Of a stretch of 64,000 nucleotides of DNA, positions 50,258 through 63,647 are shown piece after piece. Both the position numbers and the translations under genes were made by a program. This DNA is from Spironucleus salmonicida. Its lineage: Eukaryota. The stretch is taken from positions 1,385,197 through 1,449,196 of the forward strand of contig NC_090600.1 of assembly GCF_000497125.1 (NCBI RefSeq), in the 5' to 3' direction. Below the pieces are notes generated by a model. The model saw only the letters and a list, made by a program, of their open reading frames with translations, had not been told where the DNA came from and ran no database searches. The first letter of the stretch is position 1; every line of letters starts with the position of its first letter.

Positions 50258-51463
50258 TCACTGTGGAATATCAATAGTAGGATTAGAACTTCGAAGTAAC
50301 TCTGATTCAAGTTATCTTAGATTATCAATTTACTTTTTTAGTTCCTCCGTAGACATTATATTAGTTTCAGGTTGATTTGGTAGCTGTAAATTTGGTTAAT
50401 TTATACTTAATATAGCTTATGTAGGTAATCGCAGATTTAGTAGTTAGTCTTCTTTATCATCCATAAGTGAATCATCAAAATTATATCTTGGAATACAAAT
50501 TTTTGGTTTAAAATTAGCAGTATTCTTTATAATTGGCTCTATTTCTTCATCATCAACTAATAACATTCTAGGTATTGGTATAGCTTAACTAGGTCCAGGG
50601 ATACTTTCTCCTTCTTAAAATAATATACGATTATGTTAAGGAGAACCAATAAACTATGTATTTTAATTTACTTTAATCTGTTAACTTTGATTTTATTGGA
50701 TTGCGGGTGAAATAGCTGTATGTTCAAATTATTTAGTAAATTATGGACTCTCAGCTTCCACACAAATGCTATCACCTGTATGTAACGTAACAGTTTTTTA
50801 CATTATCCCAGATGATTTTTACGATTTATCGGACTTTAGCTGTTTCTTATTTCCCTTTGGACTTTTCACTCTATTATTTATATTTTTAACGCCTAAGACA
50901 GTCTCTATGTCTCCGCCTACATCTAATCCACTAAACCGGCGAGCAACACTACAAATCACATCATTTAGGTTAATTTCATTTGCAGATTAATTCACAATTC
51001 CTGAGTATCCTAACACTTTACTACATAACTTCGCACTACCTACAGCAAAATTAATCGCAAAATCTTTAGCTGCACGTGCTCTTTCACATTCAAATGCTGC
51101 ACAACCCTTAATAAATTCTATATTTGAGTCTTATGATTGTTTTGTTGCTTTAACTGCCTTTAATAGAACATTTATTGACTTAAATTCAGGACCAACGTCA
51201 AAGTTTTGTGCTGCCTAGCCAAAGTTATCTGTTGCTAAATTAATAGCTTATTAATAATAATTTGTAAGATTCTTGAGTGATTGAAATGGCTGTTTTAATG
51301 CTGTTGGACAGGCGTACTATTAAGAAAAAATTTCAAACTAGAGCTCTAATTATTATAAAGAATTTTATGCATTAATAAGATGTTTAGTAAATTATAAAAA
51401 GTGTTTGTTTGCATTTTAGTAGAATTTTTGTTGCTCTTTTAAAGTCTAATCATAAGATTCCAT
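50258..51463 (-). CDS. BAR/FAM92(CIBAR)-like N-terminal domain plus disordered tail, 401 aa
   Basis: MESYDQTLKEQQKFY...AFECERARAAKDFAINFAVG...RRFSGLDVG; paralog of the next gene. Confidence 0.7.
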
Positions 51464-51516
51464 TGAATTTTGTAAAAGTTATATAATAATATAATTATAA
51501 TTAAATAATAATTAAA

Positions 51517-53382
51517 TCAGAAAAATGCATCTAGGTTGACCTTTTTATTCACATTTGAGGCCTAACTCTCTAGCTCGGGGATATCTATATCAATATTTGG
51601 TAATATTGATTTTTTAATTGGATTTTTTGTTTTTTTGTTGTCTTCTATTTCGTCATCTCCATACAAATCAAATTTTTTAGTTTCTTTCTTAGTCTCAGAT
51701 TATTTAAAAAATCCCTTCTTAGAATTTGAGGAATTCGATGTTTTAGAAGGCTCTGTATCAGATCTTTCTGATACGGGTCTTTAAATTTATTCGGGTTCCG
51801 GTTGTGTAACGAGCTATTCTTTGATAGAATTATTTTTTAATATAGATGACGACTAAGAATTATCTAAACAAATCGGTTAGACGATAGAAATCTACTATTA
51901 AATAGGAGATTTCGCTTACTGATTAATTTATGTCTATAACTCAGTAAGTTACTTCATTAGTTGTTCTTAGCTAGGATTTTACTACTATGGTTATTAAGTA
52001 TTTTATAACTGACTAGGATCATTTAAACTTTAAATACTCGGAATTGTATTAATCTATTATTAGATCGCCGAAAGTTACTATTAATAAAACATTGGGTCTG
52101 GGGCAGATACTGATAAACCTTAATGATCTTGTGTGAAAGAAGATTACTAGTTTGTTAAAGCCTATTTCTATAAATGATATGTTCCTTAAACATGTTAGGA
52201 TAACTATTAATGTGTACTAATAGATTGGTTTGCTAATAAATATTTTTCTAATACTGATAAGGCATCTAATTAGCGTTGTATGTCCTCTGGTGTTTTCAAT
52301 TTTCCTGGGGAAGGAACATCTAAAAGAATCAAATTATCTTAATATACTTCAGCTCTAATTTCATCTTCAATAGTTGACTCTTCAAATTTATAATTACAAC
52401 TTCTAGGTTATTTTTTCTTATAAACAGCATTTTATGGGCTATATTATACAGTACTTTATATTTATTGTTTAGTTTAGACTTACTCTTATACCTAATCCTA
52501 CTCCTGACTGTTTACTTATCCTCCAACCTAAACATACTACTATTACTAAAGATAACTAGTCTACTATTAAGCAGACTATGACATTGGAATTATTTATATA
52601 AAATCATCTTACTTAACCTATTTTTAACTCCCTATCTATCCACTTGTTTAACTTGGGCTAGTTGCTACAGTTCCTCCATATACCTAAATTGGAGACTTAT
52701 TTCTTTTTTGAGTAGATAATTACTTTTTCTTTCCAGAGGTCTAACCCTTAGAAATATCCTTTGATTAGAATCGCTGAGTCCCCGTTCCATATTAACGTCC
52801 TCTAACACCTAAAATATCTACAGTTTCCTTTCCGCAATCAAACCCTTAAAATCTTTAACTGATGCCCAAAATACCATCGATTTCATCAATTTCATCAGAA
52901 ATCTAACTTATTCCACTACTCTTTTCTAAAATTGGAGCTGAAAATTTAAGAATTCCAATTCCAAAATTTTTGACAATAATTTTTGAATTTTTATATCTTT
53001 TTCGTTCAAAATCACCAGCAGCAATTAAAAAATCAGTATTTGCTTACTATATGAAAGGTATTTTTGCCATTTTTGATGCTTTAAGTGCATTTTATATCAT
53101 TTTTATATCATCGAGCAAGTTTGATGCAGATAATACTGGTTATAAACTAGCGACTAGATTTAATGTACCATTTGAAAAAGTTTAAATAAGTTATTAAAGA
53201 CTTTATAGATGTGACTTCAAGTTTAAAGCTGAGTTGCTGGAAGTAAAAATTCCAATTTATTCAGCTAGTGAGGTAAGCGCTTGTAGTGATTATTGTTATG
53301 ATTTAATAAATTATAAGGTAAATTTATTGAAATTTTAGTAGAATTTCGATATGTCTTTGAGATGAATTTCGAATGATTCCAT
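51517..53382 (-). CDS. BAR/FAM92(CIBAR)-like N-terminal domain plus long Q/P-rich tail, 621 aa
   Basis: MESFEIHLKDISKFY...DFERKRYKNSKIIVKNFGIG...QRFQGFDCG; paralog of the previous gene. Confidence 0.7.
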
Positions 53383-53624
53383 TTTAATTTTTAGGAAATA
53401 TACTAATAATATTATAATATATAAAAACTATTGCATGAAACTCTGATATTACTGATAAAATTAGCAAGACTTTATGTACAAAGTAATTTATACTAATTTG
53501 TTATAACTCAGTACCTTAAAAGAGTAATGTAAACCTGAAAATATATGTTATTTTAAAATTATTATTTTCTAACTTAATTAATATAAATATCATAAATCTA
53601 ATAATTTATATTGTTTAAATTAAA

Positions 53625-56570
53625 ATGCCTCAAATTCCTATTTTAGTTTAATCTACGCAGGATTCGTTTCTGGATTCAGTTATCATGAATTTAAACAGTA
53701 AATTATTAGCATTTATAAGGGAAAATAACATTAGTTCACGTTTAGCAGCTCATAAACCTACACATGCTATACTTTTTATACCATTATATGATAGTCCTAA
53801 TATACAAGAAGTTATTGATAAATTTTATGATAAATATGAAGGTTAGGTAGGATAGTGTATAAGCTATATTATTATATTTCCATTTGATAAAAATAAAATT
53901 ATGTAAGCTCCATCAAGATAACATAAATAATTTGTTTAAAAATAACCAAAAGTTATTTAATAAATAATGTAATTCAAGTAATATAATGAGTTAGTGTCTT
54001 TTGTTGCTTAATTAGAGTAGGAATCTTAATAAATTTTATATTAGCAACACAGTAAATACTACTTAAATAAAAGTAACACTATAACTTCACATTATATAGA
54101 AAATAGTATTAATACAGTCGTATACAAATTATATTTTTTATAATAATTCTAAGAGACACTGCTTACATAAATTGATCTTATTCAAAAATAGCTTATTAAT
54201 ATATAATTTAAAACAGAAGTACTTCTTGCACCATAGATATTTTAATGTCAAAATCAATTGCTCTTATTAGGATTAGACTATACCTATAACATTTTTGATT
54301 CAAATAATAATAAATCTCTCTTTATTTAGGCAAAATAAAATTTAAACAAATCTGATTCATATTTTGAATCTTTAATAATTTAATAATTTTTTAGGAAACT
54401 AGATTAAAAATAACTTAGTTTACTTGATTTATTAATTTTCTTTACATAACTGCTTTTCTCCTGTGAATATTTTTCAGAAAGTCTCGTTTTAAAAATTTAT
54501 AAATAGGTCATACATATATTATATCCTAATCAGAATTAAATGTACTAGTTTCAACAAGAATTTTCTTAATATATACTAACAATATAAGATAAATTATCAC
54601 TAAATCTTAAATCTTATTTTTAATTTTAATTACTTACTTCATTTATATCAAGAATTAACCTAATAGACTACTAGAAATTATAAATTATACTAGATAAGGT
54701 ATAAGCTGAACCTATGCCTATTCAGTCACTCCTAGTACAATATAGTTTTCTATTTAATGAATACACTTCAAAATCAGATATTTCATTTCTTTATAATTAT
54801 TAAGAAGTGCGCACCTTTTAAGATAAATTTTTATTTAAGTAAAAAGTAGATGCTTAATTAGATATTCTTGTGATGATTTCATCTTAAGGTTAATATCTAT
54901 CATTTAATTAGAAATATTAAATACTATGTTTTTTATAGTTAGACTAAATCAGTCATAATTGTGCTTTTTTGAAATAAACATTTCAGCAGCTACGGTAATA
55001 AAATAATCTATAACATAATATGGTTATTATAATGTTAGATATGATTTATAATTAACTGTGTGCTAATTGTAAAGATAGTCTCTCATTTAGCATAAATCGG
55101 TATTTATTCAGTTTACTACCAGTAAAGAAAACTTATGATGAGCTTATTTTAGATAAGGAATATTTATTTGAAAATATCAATTTGAAAGTAATTAAATCAG
55201 ACTTGCTTGGTATTGAAAATTTGCATATTGAAGGTGCTAAATAATATTTTTAAGACCACTGTAGATATAATATTATAACATCAGATAAAGAATAGCATAT
55301 ATATTTTATCTTTAAGAATACTTAAGACTTGCCATTTTAATTTATAAAAATCAAAATTCATTATACTAACTCCTTAGAATAAATATAAGATGTAGATTAA
55401 ACAATAAAAATAGGTGCTAATCATATTAATTTTACTCCTGAATACAATATTTCGTAGAATAATCAATTTCTGTATATTGATTAGATTCTTATTTCCACAA
55501 ATAAGAACACCTGGTTTTTAGTTTATAAAAATAATATAAAATATAATTTATTACTCTGTAAGTAAATATTTAACATTAAAAACTAAATCTAATAAACCAA
55601 TATAGATAATGAAGTATTTATTGTTTAAGTCCCAAATATACATCATTTCAAATTTAAAATAATAAATAAAGATTATTCTTCTAAGCTTTTTATGAATTCA
55701 TATTAAAATATATGTATTGAAGTGGAATAAATAAAAGATATTTAATAAAAAATTAAAATATCTGGATCGGAAGGTTTATAAGTTTTAGATCATATTAGCA
55801 TTTATGATGATATTGATTTTAAAAATCATATTGATTGCAATTGCGATAATGAATATTTTGAATTAGATTTAGATAAGTTTTATCTTAAAATTCCTATTTT
55901 TTGTCGAATTTCGGAATCAAAACTTACATTTATTATTTAAACCTAGACTAAGCAATATATATATTAAGAATTGCTCTAGTTTGAATAACTATTCAAAGTA
56001 AATCTACGTGTAACGAGTGGAAGATTCTCAATTTAATACTTTAATTAGTAATAATTACTTTAAGGACAAACTTCACTGCAATTATCAGATTAACAAAAAG
56101 TAATTAGAAACGAGGATTATAAGCCATAGTAACTTAACTGTCTTACTTAATCTATTTCTGCACCAGTTTCGCCGATTAATTTTATCTTTTAAATAAAAAC
56201 AAAAAATTTTTTATTTGAAATAAATGCTACATACCAAAATAGATCTTTAGTAGAGAATATTTAACCAATATCATAGGTCAGATGTAAGCAATCCGTTACT
56301 TTATAATATAAACTTTATGCTTCTCTTAAAGCTCCATAATTATTCAAATTAGCATTTGATGATTTTTATGTGAGAGGACCAGAAGAAGTCAGCCTTGCAG
56401 CAGGTGAAGTGAAGATTATATAGTTAACGATTGTAGCTAAGAAGTGTGGTTAACTTTATATTCCCACTTTTTACAGCACTGAAATTGAATCAATTAATGG
56501 GTGTGAATTATACAATTGCAGAAATAACATTATAAATGTTGGAGATTATATAGTTGACCTAAAATAGTGA
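53625..56570 (+). CDS. Large protein, possibly TRAPP subunit C10/C11-like, 981 aa
   Basis: Alpha/beta N-terminus, helical middle, Ig-like C-terminus DDFYVRGPEEVSL...LTIVAKKCGQLYIPTF reminiscent of TRAPPC10/11 C-termini. Confidence 0.6.
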
Positions 56571-56895
56571 AATAACTAAAGATTATTTATATTTACACTA
56601 TTATTTAATCTTTGAAAGTGTAAGTAAATTAACAATAGCAAAAATTATAGATAAGAATATTGTTAAAAATATTTCCTTACTATAAATTTGTAATATCTAT
56701 AATATAAACGTAAAAACCAAACTATATTATAAATCCTATTATTAAAATATAAATCTGTGTTTGCTATATCAAATATATTTTGTTAATTAAATAATTATTG
56801 TTATAAAATGAGATTTACGGTTTTTAACTAAAATTTATCAATAGGCAGCACAACATAGTACAAACATAATTTTATAATAAATTATAATAGAAATA

Positions 56896-57618
56896 TCATT
56901 CTTTAACAATTATTCGATCTTTAAATGTATTTCCAGTTTTAATTCGAATACCAGTTTCAACGTAACAATTTTCTACTTTACTATTATCTTCGAAAATTAC
57001 ATTTTCACCAATTATAGAATTAATAATTTAAACACCATTTCCTAATAAGATTCCTTTCTCTAAGCAGCTGTTTATTACAAAATGTTTAGACTATATAGTA
57101 CTTAGACAATTATCAACATCAAAGTTTTACATTATATACATATTACATTTTATTAATTGCTATAATGTTTAATTCAAGCTGTAAAATTATGGTTGAATAA
57201 TTGCATTAGGAATTATTTTTTCTTCTTATAAGAATTCTCGTCCTAATCCTATAAATATATCTACATTTTATACTTTGGAAAAATTTTCAAAGGAACAGTA
57301 CAAATCAAAGTCAAAAGTGCAAAATAGCTATCCTGGATAAATAATGAACTTTTCCTCTGCAAATAAAGCCAATATATTATTGGGATCGTTACTTAAATTA
57401 ATCTATACATTATACATTTTTTGAAGTCCTTTAATATATTAATAATATTGTTTGGATTCATCAGTTATTAGATATACTTATTAGATTTTAGCTGCTGCTA
57501 ATGCACAAATTCCATATTCTATTATAGGGCGATTTGATAATTTTAATAATGAGAGTTCTAACTAAGGTTTTTACTCAGTAAGTTAAACTTTGTTGCAAAG
57601 GATTATAGCCTTGACCAT
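56896..57618 (-). CDS. Nucleotidyltransferase-like plus left-handed beta-helix protein (eIF2B gamma/epsilon- or GMPP-like), 240 aa
   Basis: MVKAIILC, SLLKLSNRPIIEYGICALAAAKIQQVYLI, hexapeptide repeats VINSCL..GILLGNGVQIINSIIGENVIF. Confidence 0.72.
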
Positions 57619-57755
57619 TTTTAATAATGTAAATATAAACATGTAGAGAATAGATTTAATAGATTTTTTTCTAAAGCAAGGGTAGAGACTTAGTAACATT
57701 TACAATCATATATTATATGAAATTTACCTTTTAGCTTACACGTATAATAACAAAA

Positions 57756-59192
57756 TCACTAACTTTATTTGAAAGACATAATAACACCTAACGAATAGCA
57801 AAACTATTCTTTTTCTACTTAGGTTGCAAAAATCAATATAATTTTTTCAGAATACTTATTTTATAAAACAGCGGTTCTACTTTTCCAATTTAGTATGTCA
57901 AATTATAAAAATTATTATTAAATATCAAACTCTTTTAAGATTTAAACTGGCACAAACTTCATATAATCTCCATTAAAAGTAATTTTAATATTTTTCCTAA
58001 AAGTATAATATAATTCCAACTCGTTAGTTTAGTAATCAAATAATGGATTTAATGATATTTTAATATGTTTCAACCTATTATAAGAATAAATTTAACAAAT
58101 CATAGGCGTTTTAAGAATTTTAATGCTTTATTATATAAATGTAAAGTTTGTTCTTTAGTTAGCTTTAGAACTATTCATAATTAAAGTTCTAGTTTAATCA
58201 TTTAATTGTACTTAATATTCATCTTAGTATGACAAATTTGTGCCTTCTTATATTATATTATCAGTATTTTATTTTTCGTTTACTAAAACAGCAATATCGG
58301 GTTAAGTAAGAACTGTATTCTAGGGTTTCTTGAGAGTATTAATATTAGGTTAAGATTAATTATCTTACAATTTTTACTAACATATTATATTATTTTTTTG
58401 AATTTGATAATATAAGAAACTAAAGTCTTTATCTATATCAACAAACTCAACTGGAAGAACATTTAATTATAAAGCAGTAATATACTTTTTGAAAAATAAA
58501 AGGCCATACTACTAAACATAAATTGCAAATTTCTCATTGCTTAATAGTAATTATTCAATCAATAATTTATTTTCATAATTATGGAAATCAACTAATAAAT
58601 CTTCTATAATAAATATATCTGACTTCTTATCTATTTCAAGATTCTATATATATGATTACAGCATAGCAGATCGCTCAATATCTATATGACTTGTGCTATG
58701 AGAATTATTGTTGCATAAATAATCTTTATTGTTAAATTTACTAAGGCAAGATTAAAAGAACTAAACTAATTTTATGAATAGATTATAAAACTACTAATCA
58801 ATCAAATAAATTTAAGAATCTTTATATAAAATATGATCATTACATACTTTTAAATCAGTATACTATACAAACTAATTACAAATAACTAGCCCATCATTAT
58901 TCAATAAAATATCATTGAAATTTTATGTTAAAAATGAAATATCAAATTGCTTAATATTTAAAAGCATTGCAATAATATTATCTCTGAAATTTGAATAACA
59001 GATATACGTGTTATTTATCTTAAGTTTGAATAAATAAGCTGTATTTTTATCTATCGAAACAGTAACTTATCTTATATCGAAACTAGTGAATTAATCTTTA
59101 TAATAAACTCTCATATATGAGGCATTTATCTCTAAGATAAGTTAGGTTAACTTTCCATTGCCAGTAAAAATATAAATAGGAGCATAATTCAT
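57756..59192 (-). CDS. Hypothetical protein, 478 aa
   Basis: MNYAPIYIFTGNGKLTQLILEINASYM...; code-6 ORF ending TAG TGA. Confidence 0.65.
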
Positions 59193-59234
59193 ATAATTTT
59201 CAAAAAAATTATAATATATTAATATATAAAATCA

Positions 59235-60806
59235 TCATTTCTTCATATGTTTCTTGCAATATATTTTTTTTTCTTCTTTAAAAACCAATCCAGCACTCAT
59301 AATACAGTAATAATGTGCTGTAAAAGCACATGTACTATCCCAACACCCTATAACAGCTCCAAACTACTAACAAATAGTACATTTATTGTTTATTCTATCT
59401 TGTTTTAATGCTTTCCTTAAAAATTAATAGATTTCAGTTTCCGCCACGATCAAATTCCTCCTGAAAAATCTATCTAAGATACAATATTGCACTTCCCAAG
59501 GATACTTTATATTTATATTTACGCTGTCTGTAACTTCTTCATTTTTGGTAAACTCAGCTACTTCTGGAACGAATCTAGCACAATCACGATGGAATGCTAT
59601 TAAAATCGGTTATCCTAGAACATCATTGGTTTAAATTAAACTATGAAGGAAGGGACCTGCAAAATGTTCCTAAATCTCTTTTCCGCAAAATCCACATCGT
59701 ATATGCTTATATGACAACACAAATGATAAGACTCGTTATATTGATACCTTATCAATTATAAGTCTGTTGTTTGATAAATATTTTTCAGATTCTAAAAATT
59801 GTATTAGTTGTGCAAATAATGGTTGTTAATAGGTAAATTCTATGTTTTCTTACATTTAATAACAAAAATTAGCATCAGAATTGACTTTTTGTGGTCGCAA
59901 TTTTGCGATATTTCCATTATCATCAATAATTTTTCCTTATATAAACCAAAAACTACAATTAAGAATCTCTAAAGGGGTTGCTGGTGAGAGAGTTTGGTTA
60001 CCTTTTTTTAACTAAAGACCATCGAGCCATTAGTAATTTAGACCTAAAATAAGATCATCAGCGGTGGGTAATAGTTGCTCTTCTTCTTCTAAGAGTAAAT
60101 CTAATTAAAGGTTTGTAGCTAACTCAGTGAAAATAATTGCTAAGTTTTTAACATTAAATGAATTTTAAGATAAAACTACTGTTTCTAGGGGGAAAATAAC
60201 TGGAAATTCAATATTATTGTTTATACTCACACCACATGCAAGGTATTAAGTCTCATTCTACAAATTTTTGTAGGCAATAATTTTTTATAGTTAAAATAAA
60301 TAAGAAGGTTAGAGCATTGATATACAAAACTAGTCTAATTAAACTAAATTTTAGTTTTGATCTACAAAACCACAATAATCACAAATGAACTCATTTCCAA
60401 AGAATCTCTATGAGAGGTTTGTAGGAGCAGTTGGAAATGAACCTAAAAATAATGGATATGGTTATTAGAATTGTAATATATCGCCTACTAGGTCAGTTTA
60501 AGGATGTTAATTGAAAAAATTCGATATCTCATAAAAAATTGAATTTGATACCACAAGTGGTACTTTATTACCTAATATTTAATATTATAAAGCATTAAGA
60601 GGAGATTTAATCTAATCGATTGTTATAACATCATATGAATATTCATCATCTTCTTTAAATCTAACAGTAAAAGTAAGCTATCTACTTATTAATTAATTAA
60701 AAAGAGCATTTTTTATTTTTTATTACAGTGAATCATAATTTACTAATGTAGCTGTGTAATCACCATCGTCATATACTACAATAATTTGTTATCCTTAATT
60801 CAGCAT
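59235..60806 (-). CDS. Chromatin-reader-like protein: Tudor-like N-terminus plus C-terminal extended PHD finger, 523 aa
   Basis: GQQIIVVYDDGDYTATL...FTVRF; RCGFCG...FHRDCARFVPEV...KCTICQQFGAVIGCWDSTCAFTAHYYC...IYCKKH. Confidence 0.8.
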
Positions 60807-60852
60807 TATATAGTTATTTTTATATTTTTATATATAATTACATATAGAAGAA

Positions 60853-63618
60853 ATGCTGTTAATTATACTATAGAGTTTAGATAGTGATAAGTAGTTACTG
60901 ACACAATCAATGACAATATATAATAAATTATTAAAAGATATAAATAGTAATCTGAATACTTCTATATTCAACTTCATTCCATTTAATAAAAATATTTATG
61001 GAACGTAGTTTTTCTAAAATTAATCATAATTTGTACATTCTAAGTTATTATCAGTAATTTAAAGTATCAATAAAGCAGATTAAATATTAGATCAGCCTTT
61101 ATAATTATGCTAATAGTAGAATGTTAAAGTGTAATAAAATATAATGTATGGTGGTAATTATGTAAATATTGACTACTATAATACTAATTCTAGTAATAAA
61201 AAATGCTTTTAAGATATTTCATAGATTAAAAAAGCTTATAATTAAGTTTTTCCATTAGATAAACCAGAAAATAGATATACAAATATTTATGGATAAATGT
61301 ATTTTGGAACATAGGAGTAGTTTTTAGTTTATCCTTATTCTGAACCCTACATTGATTTTACTGAAGTATTTGGTAGTTTCTAATAGATGGACGAAACATT
61401 TTTTTTACCAATAAATTTTTAAGCATAATTAAATAAGTCCAAACTTGACGAAAGAATATTATATTACTAATATTAAGAACATAATTATTCTAAATTTTAA
61501 TAATATAAGATATTTAATGATTTTTCATGTGATTAGATGTGTCATTAAATTACAACATATCTTTCAAAAGTTCAAAATGAGTAATAGGGAAGAAATATAG
61601 TCTCATATAATAGCTCACATTACTATAGCTTTAGCGCATAATCTATATATGGAAGACCAGATAATCTTATTAATTGGTATTCTTAATTATATTCAAATAA
61701 AAATAAAACAAAATATAACCCTTATATTGAAGATATACTAGAATCTTTAATAATTTATATTAATTCCTTATAGACTACATACTAAGGGAATAAATAAGTA
61801 TTTACTAATTAATAAGTATTTGGATCTAACAAATAATATCATATTATAAATTTATTAGTTCCAAATAGTGTCATTCTATAAAATACAAATAAATTCTAGA
61901 ATGTTATTAAACTCCTTAAGCATGATGTTTTATCGAAAGACAACATACAATTAAATATTATCTCCTTGCCAAATAGTGGAGCATTTGTAAGTTACCTAGT
62001 TAATAAAATAAATTGTACTGTTTTATATTTAGACAATATTAGTTAATTTGCAGATTAACTTATTTAATTTCATATTTAACGTGTTAGTACCTTAAATTAA
62101 TATAATTATTCAGTGTCTATTTAAGTTATTGATGAACAGCCCTTTATGTCAATTAGTAAACATAACTTATAATCATAAATACTTACATTTTTAATTCCAT
62201 TGCTAACCTTAATTGAATAACCAGTCAACGCTAATAAAGTTTCTGGTATTTAATTAATTAACACAATTGATAATCATATAGTATTTACTAATCTTTAAGA
62301 TATACTATAACAAGAATATAAAAAGTTAGATTTATAAGTAAGAATTTATTTGCTTGCTAAAAATAATGCATGTTATATATCAGATACACTTTTGATATGT
62401 GTATAGTCCTTAATACCCTTACCTTAAATATCAATAATCTTTATCACTCTTTAGAAAAAGTTGCCATTTTTACCTGCTGAGGCTATTTATACTGTAAATC
62501 CTGTAAATCCAAGCATCGACTAATCTTTATTCTGTGTATAGAATTTAGATAGGTGTGAAATCGTTTATTCAATTTCTTAGTATGGGTTAAATGGAAAATT
62601 GGATTTTGGTGAAACTTATTTATATGGATTTGTATTTAACACTACATTTTTCCAGGAGGTCATGACTACTTTACTTGCTTATAACTAAACTTATGAATTT
62701 TATTAGCAAACAATATTTACTTTAAGTGGCCTTAACGAGCCTAGAATCAATATTATGTTATCTACTATTTCCACACACAAAGCGTTTTATTAATAATATT
62801 AGTATATAATTCAAAATATAACGAAAACAAATCCTACAGTAGATAAAAATTTAATTCATTTTTGTAATTTTTATGGCTATCATTTATTATAGTGTGCGGA
62901 TCATAATTATATAATTTAAAGCACAATCGATGATATTGCTTAGGAAATGTATTCAATTGTTGCTTTAAACTTTTATTATTAAGAATTTTTCATGAAATGT
63001 GATTAAATCTATAATATATATGTCAAAGAATAAGTGTGCATTGTTATAGCAATTAAAAGTAGAATTAAAGGGAAATACTTATTGAATTCTTTTATATCTA
63101 TGCCGCTAACAATATTCATAGAAAATTATATTATAAATTTCCAACCAAAATTTTTAGAACTAGAACATAAGTTTTCTACTATTTAACTATCTGCTAAAAA
63201 GTTTATAGAAATATCACTGGATTTAAAAATTGCATATCACTATTTATTTAAATATGGATATATATTTTGCGATTATTAAATTATAGATAATATTGGTAAC
63301 TACAGTAGCTAGTTCTCTAATTCTTTCATGAAAATTACATAGCTATAAAACGATGATATTTTACTTATTAAACACAGTGATACAATGTTTATAATACTAT
63401 TAAACACTGAAAAAATAGAAAACTATTTCGAATGTTCAAATGCAAAAACTATACTAATGTACAACACAGATGCATCATATATTTCAACCAAAAAGTTTAT
63501 ATATCAAAAAATTTAATCTAATCTAAGCCTAAGTCGCATTAATGTGATTTATCCCGCTATTGGATTCTCACTCATCATATTTGTTTCTTTACTATTATTA
63601 TACTATAATTTAATGTGA
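60853..63618 (+). CDS. Large secreted/membrane-anchored protein, alpha2delta/CACHD1-like architecture (tentative), 921 aa
   Basis: Short leader MLLIILQS, GQMYFGTQEQFLVYP motif, vWA-like IKNIIILNF, hydrophobic C-terminus AIGFSLIIFVSLLLLYYNLM. Confidence 0.65.
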
Positions 63619-63647
63619 TTTTATTTACTTTCTACACTAAATTAAAA

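Noticed and set aside
1854-53185. Standard-code track ORFs antisense or out of frame to real genes (e.g. 1854-2069, 4688-4900, 7964-8170, 11053-11250, 17616-17840, 20630-20872, 31761-31997, 37514-37855, 39331-39549, 42632-42835, 50766-50990, 52970-53185)
   Set aside because: Shadow ORFs of code-6 genes, with no motifs; 42632-42835, for example, is an alternative frame over the Trm9 C-terminus
1328-60806. Functional cluster of chromatin and genome-maintenance genes (Cdc6, Myb, BET-like, helicase, PIKK, HMG, ePHD)
   Set aside because: They are dispersed among unrelated genes on both strands, at a density expected for a compact eukaryotic genome
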